Shown here: piece by piece, positions 35,799 through 43,863 of the stretch
Numbering within the stretch: the first letter of the stretch is position 1
Layout of the letters: each line of letters begins with the position of its first letter
Assembly (NCBI GenBank): GCA_039932235.1
Contig: JBDTQJ010000001.1
Location: forward strand, 1-46,517
DNA length: 46,517 nt
Direction: 5' to 3'
Source of the DNA: Chloroflexota bacterium
GTDB lineage: Bacteria; Chloroflexota; Limnocylindria; QHBO01
Position numbers and translations under genes: made by a program
Notes under the pieces: model-generated
The model's input: the letters and a program-made list of their open reading frames with translations, nothing else
What the model was told of the DNA's origin: nothing
The model's database searches: none

Positions 35799-37102
35799 GG
35801 CCGGCTCGCTCGCCGGTTGCGACGGCCGATCCAGGCGGCGGTCACCACCCCGCCAAGGACGACCAGACCGATGGCCCCGGGGATCAGCGCTCCCCCATCC
35901 GTGCCGTTGTCACCGACGGGTGCCGGCAGCGGCGCGCCGCTCGCCCGTGGGGCGCCGCCGGAGGAGCCTGGGACGGTCACGTCGGACGGCGGGATCGGGC
36001 GCGGCGAGACCGGTTGCGGGGCCGCGACGCCGAATGTGTCGAAGAAGGCTGCGTACAGCTGCTCGGCCGGCATGCCCGCCGCCGCCTGGAGCGCCTCGTC
36101 GTCGGTCGCGCCCTCCCGGTACGCGGCTGCCAGGCTCGCCATCGCCTCCGGGCCATGGTCGGCGATGAGCCGGTCGACCATCACGGCGCCCTGGGCGTAG
36201 GCGAGGCGCGCACCGCGATCGCCGATCGGGAACTGCTGCGTGATGGCGGGGAATGCGAACAGGCCGTCACCAGCCTCGAACGCGACCAGTGAGCGCTCGA
36301 CGTCGGCGTTCTGCTGCTCGGACCAGCTGGCAAAGCCCTCGTTCAGCCAGCGGGCGGGGTCGTGGAACGCGTTTGCGGTGGCGTCCCGGAATACCACGTG
36401 GGTGACCTCGTGGACGATGGTCGTCTCCAGGTAGTCGGCCGGGCCGCCGCGAAGCCACATGAAGATCGTCCGCAGCTCTGGATAGGTGGCGGCGCCGGTC
36501 CATTCGCGCGCGCCCGGGCCGAGGGCGCCGAAGAACTCGTCCTGGGTGTCGTACACGAAGATGTCGATGGGGCCGGCCAGCTCGTGGCCCAGCGTGGCCT
36601 CGGCACGCGCCGCGCCGTCGGCGGTCAGCTCCCCGAATTTCCGCGCCTGACCCTCGGCGTCGCCATACCAGTGCACCGTGGCCTGCCCGATGGTGGCGGT
36701 CTGCCAGTCGAGCCCGGCTCGGTCGTCGTCATACAGCAGCTCTCCGGCTGCGCTGAGCGTCTGCGTATCGCCAACGGTCGCCCGCCATCGGTAGGTGATG
36801 TGCGTGTTGGGGGTCACGTGGTCGCGATCCGCGTCCCAGCGGTAGGTGGCCGCCTCGCCCTGCGCCGCCACCGGCGCCACGAACACCGAATCGTCGCCGG
36901 CAAAGTCGAGCAGCAGCTCCAGCCGATCGGGAGGGCCGCCGGGCAGGCCGATCGTGAAGGTCATCTCGATACCGTACGTCGCATCGGCGGTCGCCGTGCC
37001 AAATCCGCTGAACGCACTGACCGGGCGGGCGGGCAGCAGCGCCAGGGTGGCGGCCAGCAGCACGACCGCGAGCACCGGTCGCCATCGGCTCAGCCGTCCC
37101 AT
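35795..37102 (-). CDS. secreted, C-terminally membrane-anchored MA-clan zinc metallopeptidase (Peptidase_MA_2-like)
   Basis: ATG at 37102. Signal peptide ...LLPARPVSA, HEVTH (HExxH) plus a downstream NEGFASW glutamate, a Pro-rich linker and a C-terminal TM helix. Start overlaps the SBP gene by 13 nt. Confidence 0.75.
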   Translation of the reverse strand: MGRLSRWRPVLAVVLLAATLALLPARPVSAFSGFGTATADATYGIEMTFTIGLPGGPPDRLELLLDFAGDDSVFVAPVAAQGEAATYRWDADRDHVTPNTHITYRWRATVGDTQTLSAAGELLYDDDRAGLDWQTATIGQATVHWYGDAEGQARKFGELTADGAARAEATLGHELAGPIDIFVYDTQDEFFGALGPGAREWTGAATYPELRTIFMWLRGGPADYLETTIVHEVTHVVFRDATANAFHDPARWLNEGFASWSEQQNADVERSLVAFEAGDGLFAFPAITQQFPIGDRGARLAYAQGAVMVDRLIADHGPEAMASLAAAYREGATDDEALQAAAGMPAEQLYAAFFDTFGVAAPQPVSPRPIPPSDVTVPGSSGGAPRASGAPLPAPVGDNGTDGGALIPGAIGLVVLGGVVTAAWIGRRNRRASRP

Positions 37103-38646
37103 GACAGCCTCCCGAAGTCGAGCAGGCCGATGGTCAGCTGTCCTGTCCCGCGCAGCCCGTCGCGCACCAGCCACCAGTTCTCGTCGTACGACCACGGGAC
37201 GAGCGGCGCCTCCTCGCGCACCCGGGCATCGACCGCGCGGTACGCGGCGGCCTGTGCAGCGGGCTCCTCCTGCTCGGCAGCCGCCTGGAGGAGCTCGGCG
37301 AAGCCCTCGTCGACCCAGCGGCCGTTGTTGTCCGGCGCATCCGGTTGCAGGAGCAGGCCGTAGAGCGCATGCGGTGACGGGTAGTCCGCGATCCAGTTGA
37401 TGGTGTAGACCTGCGGCGGGTCTGTGCGCAGGACGCCGACGTAGTCGTTGAAATCCATCACCTCGATGTCGATCGTCACGCCCAGCGCCGCTTCCCAGAT
37501 GGCCACCGCCGGCGACACGTCGAGGCCGGTGCCGTTGACGGTGATGGTGCCCAGCGCCGATCCGCTGGCGTAGCCGGCCTCGGCCAGCAGCGCGCGCGCG
37601 GCGTCGAGGTCGGCCGGATCCGGCTCGCCGAACGTGTCGCCCGGCCACAGCGCGGGCGGCACCACGCTGCCCGCGGGACGGGCGTCGGTTCCGGCGGACA
37701 GCTCCACCAGCCGCGTCCGGTCAAGGGCGAGGGCGAAGGCGCGCCGCACGCGGGCGTCGTCGAATGGCGGCCGGGTGGTGTCGAACGCGAAGTACTGGAC
37801 CGACAGCGCCGCCCCGCGCTGCAGGCTTGGGCCGAGGTCGCGGTCGTAGCTGATCCACGACGCGTCGGACGAGGCAATCCCGGTGAGATCGATCCGGCCG
37901 TCGGCGAAGGCAGTCGCCACGTCGTCGTCGAGTCGGCCGACCCATCGCACCTCGTCGATGGGCGGCGCGCCGCCGACGTACCGATCGCTGGCGCGCAGCA
38001 CGACATCGTCGCCCTCCATGCGCTCGACGACGTACGGGCCGGACCCGACGAAGCGCTCCGCGGTCTGCCAGGTGTCATCAGTCCCGGCCGCGGGGGGCAC
38101 CACGAACGTCGCCGGCGTGGCAGTGATGGAGGTGAAATAGCCTGCCGCGTGCTCCAGCTCGACGACGAGGGTCCGGGCATCCGGCGCCGTGATCCCGACG
38201 CCATCCTCCGCGCCGCCCGCCAGGCGCGCACTCGCGCCGCGCACGACCGTCAGCATGCCCGGCGCGAAGGCGCCGACCGCCGGATCGAGGAGGCGGAGCC
38301 ACGAGCGGCGGATGTCGGCGGCGCGCAGCTCGCTGCCGTCGGAGAAGGTGAGCCCCTCGCGCAGGGTGAAGGTGTAGGTCAGCCCGTCGTCGCTGACCGT
38401 CCACGAGTCGGCGAGCGACGGGTAGACGGTGCCCTCCTCGTCGAGACGGGTGAGGCCGGCGTACAGCTGCAGCAGCAGCTGCACGTCGGCGGCATCGGAG
38501 ATGAAGGCGGGGTCCAACGTCCCGATCTGCCCGCCCAGGTAGCGCAGCGGCTCCCCCGCCGCACGTGCGTCCTGGCGCACTCCCAGCGTGGTGACGACCA
38601 GCACGAGCGCCCCCAGGACCGCCAGGCTGGCGGTCAGCCGGCGCAT
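37090..38646 (-). CDS. ABC transporter substrate-binding protein, family 5 (peptide/nickel type)
   Basis: 518 aa with a signal peptide. LDPA......LL.QLY.GL..LD and PSLA.SW..S.DG..YTF.LR.G..FSDG are typical of SBP_bac_5. No cognate permease or ATPase genes are adjacent. Confidence 0.85.
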   Translation of the reverse strand: MRRLTASLAVLGALVLVVTTLGVRQDARAAGEPLRYLGGQIGTLDPAFISDAADVQLLLQLYAGLTRLDEEGTVYPSLADSWTVSDDGLTYTFTLREGLTFSDGSELRAADIRRSWLRLLDPAVGAFAPGMLTVVRGASARLAGGAEDGVGITAPDARTLVVELEHAAGYFTSITATPATFVVPPAAGTDDTWQTAERFVGSGPYVVERMEGDDVVLRASDRYVGGAPPIDEVRWVGRLDDDVATAFADGRIDLTGIASSDASWISYDRDLGPSLQRGAALSVQYFAFDTTRPPFDDARVRRAFALALDRTRLVELSAGTDARPAGSVVPPALWPGDTFGEPDPADLDAARALLAEAGYASGSALGTITVNGTGLDVSPAVAIWEAALGVTIDIEVMDFNDYVGVLRTDPPQVYTINWIADYPSPHALYGLLLQPDAPDNNGRWVDEGFAELLQAAAEQEEPAAQAAAYRAVDARVREEAPLVPWSYDENWWLVRDGLRGTGQLTIGLLDFGRLSWDG

Positions 38647-38773
38647 GAAATCAGCCGACGCATGCGGTCAGCGGTCGGAGGCAGGGCGCAGCGGCAGGGC
38701 GGGTATCGTGGACGTGTGCCGGCACGGGGCATCCGGCGTGGCTGGGGCGCACGGCCGGTAGTATAGGCGCCCT

Positions 38774-39310
38774 GTGCAGCACGTCCACGAGCACCGATTC
38801 GAGCCGCAGGCGGCCGGGTCGCTCACCCTTCGCCAGTTCGTCGAGTCGCTCCGTCGCTGGACGCCGGAGATGCGGCACATCGTCCAGATTGCGCTGACCC
38901 GAACGGAGGCGGAACGAACCCAGTACCTCCAGCAGTTCCACGCCAACCACCACGAGCGGGAGCCCGGCAAGCTGGACAGCTTCGTGCGCTGGGCCTACTC
39001 CGACCCGCGCCTCGACCATATCCCCGCGCTCCTTGCCGAGATCGAGCGTCCCGATGCGGAGTACGCGGGCGGCATGGAGCACGAGGCAGAGGTGCTTGTC
39101 CGCATGCGCGGCGAAGGCAAGAGCGCCGCGCGCCGCGTCACCGACTACCTGTCCCTGCTCGGCATCGAGGGGGCGGAGCCGGTGCGCGAGGCGATCACCC
39201 GGCTCCTGCCGGCCGGCACGCCGCCGGCGGCGGTGCTGGCGACCATTCGCCTCATGCGACGCCGCTGGCTCGACATCTATGGCGACGATCCCTTCTTTGC
39301 CGAGGACTAG
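38774..39310 (+). CDS. hypothetical protein (178 aa), no family recognised
   Basis: GTG start, consistently high GC3, not low-complexity. An AT-rich TAGTATAGG element lies immediately upstream. Confidence 0.55.
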   Translation: MQHVHEHRFEPQAAGSLTLRQFVESLRRWTPEMRHIVQIALTRTEAERTQYLQQFHANHHEREPGKLDSFVRWAYSDPRLDHIPALLAEIERPDAEYAGGMEHEAEVLVRMRGEGKSAARRVTDYLSLLGIEGAEPVREAITRLLPAGTPPAAVLATIRLMRRRWLDIYGDDPFFAED

Positions 39311-39314
39311 CCCG

Positions 39315-39932
39315 ATGCCGCTCCATACCCTCGCCCGTCTCGTCCAGGCGGCCGGCCTGGCCGGCCTGGTGGCCGCCGCCGCCTTCGCGCTGCTCGGGAT
39401 GCCGGCCCTGGCCGGCATCGATACCCTGATCGGGCGAACCGATGCGACCCTCACCACCGCCGCTGCCGCGGCGCGCAGTGCCGCCGACGCCTTCGACGGC
39501 TTCGACGCATCGCTGACCGAAGCCACCCGCGCCACGGACGACGCCGCGCTTCTCGCCGCGCGAACCGCCGAGACCGCCCGCAACCTCGCCTCGGCGATGA
39601 GCATCAGCGTCTTCGGCACCCAGCCTTTCGTGGGGCTGGCCGTCGAGTTCGGAGCGAGCGCCGAGGACCTCGATGCGCTGGCCGGCACATTGAGCACCAT
39701 GCGTGGCGCGCTGGACGGTAACGGCGACGACCTGGCGGCGCTCCAGGTGCAGCTCAGCCTGCTGGCCGACGACATCGAGCGCCTCGCCGCACCAAGCCGC
39801 ATGCCGCCGCTCGTCCCGGTCGGCATCGGGCTGCTGATCCTCCTGGCCATCCAGTCCGGCGGCCTGCTCGCGGCGGGAACCGCGCTCAGTCGACTCGATG
39901 CATCAGCCGTCGCAGGCGAACCAGGGCGATGA
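39315..39932 (+). CDS. hypothetical membrane protein with N- and C-terminal TM helices and an Ala-rich helical ectodomain
   Basis: ATG at 39315, 4 nt after the preceding stop. High GC3. The 3' end overlaps the convergent ABC-2 permease gene by 47 nt. Confidence 0.55.
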   Translation: MPLHTLARLVQAAGLAGLVAAAAFALLGMPALAGIDTLIGRTDATLTTAAAAARSAADAFDGFDASLTEATRATDDAALLAARTAETARNLASAMSISVFGTQPFVGLAVEFGASAEDLDALAGTLSTMRGALDGNGDDLAALQVQLSLLADDIERLAAPSRMPPLVPVGIGLLILLAIQSGGLLAAGTALSRLDASAVAGEPGR

Positions 39933-41079
39933 TGTAGAGCAGGATCCCGATCCCTGCCAGCGCGCCGAGCATCCACACCGAGCTGACCTCGCCACGCAGC
40001 ATCGCCTCCTGGAGGGTGGCGATGCCGTGCGTCACCGGCAGCGCGTACGCGACCGGTCGGACGGCAGGGATGAAGTCGTCCACGGGGAGGACGAAGCCGG
40101 AGAAGAAGACGCTCGCCAGCAGCACCAGCATGGACAGCTGGACGGCCTGTCGCTCCGAGTCGGCAATGAGCGAGATGAGGATCCCCAGGCCCAGCGAGGC
40201 GAACGTGAGCAGGAGGACGATCCCCACCAGGATCGGCCAGCCGCCTAAGTTGGGCACCCCGAGCCAGCCCACCATGGCACCGCCCACCAGGGCGCTGACC
40301 GCCAGGCTGAAGAGGGCGTAGGCCACGTACTTCCCAATCAGCAGCTCGGCGGAGTTGAGCGGCGAGACACGGTACCGATCCATCTGTCCGGTGAGCCGCT
40401 CGCGCACGAGCGAGAGCGCGGTGAGGGTGATCGCGAGGTGCTGTAGCACGAGCGCGAAGACCGCCGGCCCGAAGAAGGCGATGGTCGCGGGCGCGGTTGG
40501 CGCCACGTTGGTCTCCTTCGCCGTCGTCGGCTCCGCGATCACGTTGGGATCCAGGGTCACCGGCTCGCCGAGCTCGGCGTTGGCGACGGTGATCCCCTCC
40601 GCAGCCGCGCGCCGGATGATCTCCTGGTTCAGCTCCCCCACCATGATCTGCATGGCCAGGCGCGCGAGGCCGTCGTCGAGCGGGTCCACCTCGTTCCAGT
40701 ACACCTCGATGGTCGACTGCTCGCCGGCACGCATGCGCGCCTCGGCGTCGGCCGGCGCGACCACGACGACCGCGACGTCCTGCGCCCGCAGTCGCGCGAG
40801 CGCCGCCTCCTTGTCCGTGCCGACTTCCTGGATCGACATGCGGTCCTCGGTCATGTCCTGGTAGAAGGCCGGGTCGGTCGGCATGCTGCTGCCCTCGGGG
40901 AGGACGATATCGGCGGTGAACGGGCGCCGCTGGCCCTCGTAGCCGATGCCGAACAGGAGCATCACGAGGAGCGGCCCCAGCACGAGGGTGGCGATGACAC
41001 CGGGCCGCCGCCTGAGCTCCCGCAGCTCCTTGCCGACGAACGAGGTGACGCGGATCAGGCTCTTCAGGACGCCGGTCAT
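39886..41079 (-). CDS. ABC-2 type transporter permease
   Basis: 397 aa. N-terminal TM, a large extracytoplasmic loop, then 5 C-terminal TM helices (YhaP/YhgE-like topology). ATGA overlap with the ATPase gene. Confidence 0.85.
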   Translation of the reverse strand: MTGVLKSLIRVTSFVGKELRELRRRPGVIATLVLGPLLVMLLFGIGYEGQRRPFTADIVLPEGSSMPTDPAFYQDMTEDRMSIQEVGTDKEAALARLRAQDVAVVVVAPADAEARMRAGEQSTIEVYWNEVDPLDDGLARLAMQIMVGELNQEIIRRAAAEGITVANAELGEPVTLDPNVIAEPTTAKETNVAPTAPATIAFFGPAVFALVLQHLAITLTALSLVRERLTGQMDRYRVSPLNSAELLIGKYVAYALFSLAVSALVGGAMVGWLGVPNLGGWPILVGIVLLLTFASLGLGILISLIADSERQAVQLSMLVLLASVFFSGFVLPVDDFIPAVRPVAYALPVTHGIATLQEAMLRGEVSSVWMLGALAGIGILLYIIALVRLRRLMHRVD

Positions 41080-42110
41080 GCCACCGCCTCACGTGCCGCG
41101 ATCTCTTCGTCAGTGGTCTGCCGCGCCTCGCGGTGGCGAGTCACGAGAGTCGTGAACATGTCGTCGAAGCTCGCCTGGTACTCCTCGATCTCGCGCACCT
41201 CGACGTTCGCGGCTCGAAGCGCATCCATGATCCGGGGCGAGGTGGTCCCGGCGTCGTCGGTGACCGCGATCAGCTGGCGACCCGTTACCTGACGCACCTC
41301 CCGAACGCCGTCCACGCGCTTCAGGACCTCGGCATCGACCACGCTCAGGGTGTTGATCTCGAGCACCTCTCCGCCGAATGCTGAACGACGCAGTGCCTCC
41401 GGCTCGTCCAGCCCGATGAGCTCGCCCTCGGCGAGCAGCGCGACCCGATCGCAATAGATCGCCTCGCCCACGTACTGGGTCGTAACCAGCAGGGTGGCGC
41501 CTTCGTCCCGCAGGCGCCGAAGCTCGTCCCAGATCGACTCGCGGAGCAGCGGATCGATCCCCGCCGTCGGCTCGTCGATGAAGAGGACGCGTGGGTTGTG
41601 CACCAGCGCGCAGGCCAGCTCGAGGCGGCGCTGCATTCCGCCGGACAGGTCGCGTGCCGGCCGATGCCGTGCATCCCACAGGTCGACCACACCCAGGCCG
41701 CGCTTGATCAGCTTCGAGCGCTCCCACCACGGCACCCCGAACAGCGCAGCCACGAAGTTCATGTTCTCCGCGGCGGTCAGGTCCGGATACAGGCTGAACA
41801 GCTGCGGCATGTAGGCGATTCGCTCGCGTGCCTGGCGGGTGAACTCCAGCGGGACCTGGCCGAGCACGCTCAACCGCCCCTCCGTCGGCCCGAGCGTGCC
41901 GGTCAACATGCGGATGATGGTGGTCTTGCCGGATCCGGAAGGGCCGATCATGCCCAGCACGGTGCCCTCCGGCACGGTGAGGCTGACGTCCTGGACGGCA
42001 CGCACGTCACCGAAGCGGCGTGAGACCGAGTCCATCTGGATGACCGTCGGGGCGCCGGCGGGCGGTGCGGATGGCGCTGGCCTGGCCATCGAAGGGGGAA
42101 GGGCTTGCAT
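41076..42110 (-). CDS. ABC transporter ATP-binding protein
   Basis: Walker A GPSGSGKTT, signature LSGGMQRR, Walker B LFIDEPT, plus a C-terminal accessory domain. Start uncertain (ATG at 42110 preferred; 42089 and 42128 possible). Confidence 0.9.
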   Translation of the reverse strand: MQALPPSMARPAPSAPPAGAPTVIQMDSVSRRFGDVRAVQDVSLTVPEGTVLGMIGPSGSGKTTIIRMLTGTLGPTEGRLSVLGQVPLEFTRQARERIAYMPQLFSLYPDLTAAENMNFVAALFGVPWWERSKLIKRGLGVVDLWDARHRPARDLSGGMQRRLELACALVHNPRVLFIDEPTAGIDPLLRESIWDELRRLRDEGATLLVTTQYVGEAIYCDRVALLAEGELIGLDEPEALRRSAFGGEVLEINTLSVVDAEVLKRVDGVREVRQVTGRQLIAVTDDAGTTSPRIMDALRAANVEVREIEEYQASFDDMFTTLVTRHREARQTTDEEIAAREAVA

Positions 42111-42193
42111 GCTCGCCCCAGTACGCAAGCGTCATGCCGGTTCCGGCACGCGCCATGCGAGCCCCGGGGAAGACACCACAGAGGAGCGAACCC

Positions 42194-42445
42194 ATGGCAG
42201 AGCTCGACACCCAGGACCGCAACGATCTGCGCAAGGACCAGTTCGCCTACGTCGACAGCGACGGTGGCGAGCATCTCCCCATCAATGACGAGAGCCACGT
42301 GCGCAACGCCATCGCGCGGTTCAACCAGACCGATTTCGAATCGAAGGCGGCCAGGGAGCGCGCCCGCAAGAAGATCCTCGCGGCGGCCGAGCGCCACGGC
42401 ATCGAGGTGAGCGACGACAGCGACGTTGCCCACCCCGCAGCCTGA
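42194..42445 (+). CDS. DUF6582-like small protein
   Basis: ATG at 42194 with GAGGAG 8 nt upstream. LPINDESHVRNAIARFNQT motif as I recall for DUF6582. Confidence 0.6.
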   Translation: MAELDTQDRNDLRKDQFAYVDSDGGEHLPINDESHVRNAIARFNQTDFESKAARERARKKILAAAERHGIEVSDDSDVAHPAA

Positions 42446-42467
42446 CCGATGCGCGCCATCTGGACCG

Positions 42468-42498
42468 GGGCCATCAGTCTTCGGGATGGCCACCATCC
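42468..42498. terminator. overlapping alternative hairpins between convergent genes
   Basis: GGCCATC-N9-GATGGCC (42468-42490) and GGGATGG-cca-CCATCCC (42482-42498). Confidence 0.35.
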
Positions 42499-42525
42499 CG
42501 GTGAGGGCTCAGCCGCCTGAACGGC

Positions 42526-42750
42526 TCAGTAGCGGTCGTCCTGCGGGTCGACCTGCACGTCGGTCGCGCCAGGCTGCTCGCTGGGTGTGGCGCCGGGCAA
42601 CGAGGGCTCCTCGCTCGCGTCTGACGTGTCGCGTGGAGTGTCCTGCTCCATGAGGCGCCGCTCGGCGGGAACGAACGCCTCGTCGAGCTCGTCGGGCGAG
42701 AGGTCGCCCGTGGCGCCGGTCAGGGCGGCGGGTCGCCGGTCATCGGTCAT
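42526..42750 (-). CDS. small acidic, probably disordered hypothetical protein (74 aa)
   Basis: ATG at 42750 with GGGAG about 8 nt upstream. Asp/Glu/Pro/Thr-rich. No family recognised. Confidence 0.4.
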   Translation of the reverse strand: MTDDRRPAALTGATGDLSPDELDEAFVPAERRLMEQDTPRDTSDASEEPSLPGATPSEQPGATDVQVDPQDDRY

Positions 42751-42808
42751 GGTCGAGCTCCCTCTGCGAGTTGTACGGCCGGCGGGATGACCCGCCGGCC
42801 GCATCGGT

Positions 42809-43273
42809 CTAGCGCTGGGCAGCCGCTTCGACTTCGCCGCGCCAGGCACCTGTCTCGGTACCACGGCTCTCGATGAACTCCTTGAAGCGCTCGAGGTCGC
42901 CCTTGACCCGCCGCTCCAGGAACCCGAGGGCGGTGCCGACGTTCTCGACGAGCCCCTCCGGATCCACGTCCATCTGCAGGGTGACGCGCGTCGTCTCGTC
43001 GTCGATGCGGTGGAACGTCACCACGCCGGCATTCTCCGCGCCGGAGGTCGAGTTCCAGGCAACGCGCTCATCGGCGTGCTGCTCGGTGATCTCGGCATCC
43101 CACTCCTTGTCCTTGCCGGCGACTTCCGCGACCCAGTGGAGATGGGTGTCATCGGTCTGGGTGACCGACTTCACGCCCTCCATGAACTTGGGGAAGTCCT
43201 CGAACTGGGTCCACTGGTTGTAGGCGGTGCCGACAGGCACCTTGACATCGATGTGTTCGACCACGTTGGCCAT
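42809..43273 (-). CDS. SRPBCC family protein (polyketide cyclase/dehydrase-like)
   Basis: ATG at 43273 with GAGGAGG upstream. I.V.VP....Y.QWTQFE.FP.FM.GV..V is typical of the cyclase/dehydrase START-like fold. Confidence 0.85.
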   Translation of the reverse strand: MANVVEHIDVKVPVGTAYNQWTQFEDFPKFMEGVKSVTQTDDTHLHWVAEVAGKDKEWDAEITEQHADERVAWNSTSGAENAGVVTFHRIDDETTRVTLQMDVDPEGLVENVGTALGFLERRVKGDLERFKEFIESRGTETGAWRGEVEAAAQR

Positions 43274-43458
43274 GTATTGATTCCTCCTCGTTCGGCACGG
43301 CCAATACTTTGATCGGTCCGTATCACACCCCCCGTACGGAGCAGGACGCATGCCGGACTCCCGGAGCGACCGGCGATAGCCAGTACGAGCGAGGACGGCG
43401 AAACGAAGGAGCAGCGCTCGCGCGACTGCCGGATGCGCCAATCCGCTAGGCTCGGAGC

Positions 43459-43863
43459 GTGCAGCACCCACCACCAGCGCCGAGTCGGCGCCTTCTCCCC
43501 CTCGTCATCGCTTCCGCAGTCGTCCTGCTGGGCGCCTGCGTCAGCCCCATCGAGCGGCCTGCCGATTGCGACGCGCCGGCCGTGGTGCGTGACGCCACCC
43601 TGACGAGCGCGCACCAGCTCGAGCCAGAGACCATCACCGTCTGCCGCGACCAGGCGGTGACCCTGGCGGTCGATATCCAGACGGATGGCGTCCTGCACCT
43701 CCACGGCTACGACGACCAGGCATCCGCCCTCGAGGTGACGGCCGGCACCCCGATCACCCTCGCCTTCGACGCGGTCCATCCCGGCCAATTCGTGATCGAG
43801 CTGCACACCTCCGATGGTCCGGCGGGGCTGGGGGTCGGCATCCTCACCGTCGATGAGCCGTAA
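43459..43863 (+). CDS. lipoprotein with cupredoxin-like beta-sandwich domain (putative)
   Basis: Lipobox LLGAC. LEPETITVCRDQAVTLAVDIQTDGVLHLHGYD...VTAGTPITLAFDAVHPGQFVIELH matches the strand pattern of small cupredoxin-like domains. GTG start. Confidence 0.65.
   Translation: MQHPPPAPSRRLLPLVIASAVVLLGACVSPIERPADCDAPAVVRDATLTSAHQLEPETITVCRDQAVTLAVDIQTDGVLHLHGYDDQASALEVTAGTPITLAFDAVHPGQFVIELHTSDGPAGLGVGILTVDEP

Noticed and set aside
38651-41092. 813-aa minus-strand ORF, and the 26549..28618 plus-strand 689-aa ORF
   Set aside because: They are out-of-frame or antisense overlaps of the ABC-2 permease, the hypothetical genes and the amidohydrolase. Both are low-complexity Arg/Pro/Gly-rich translations.
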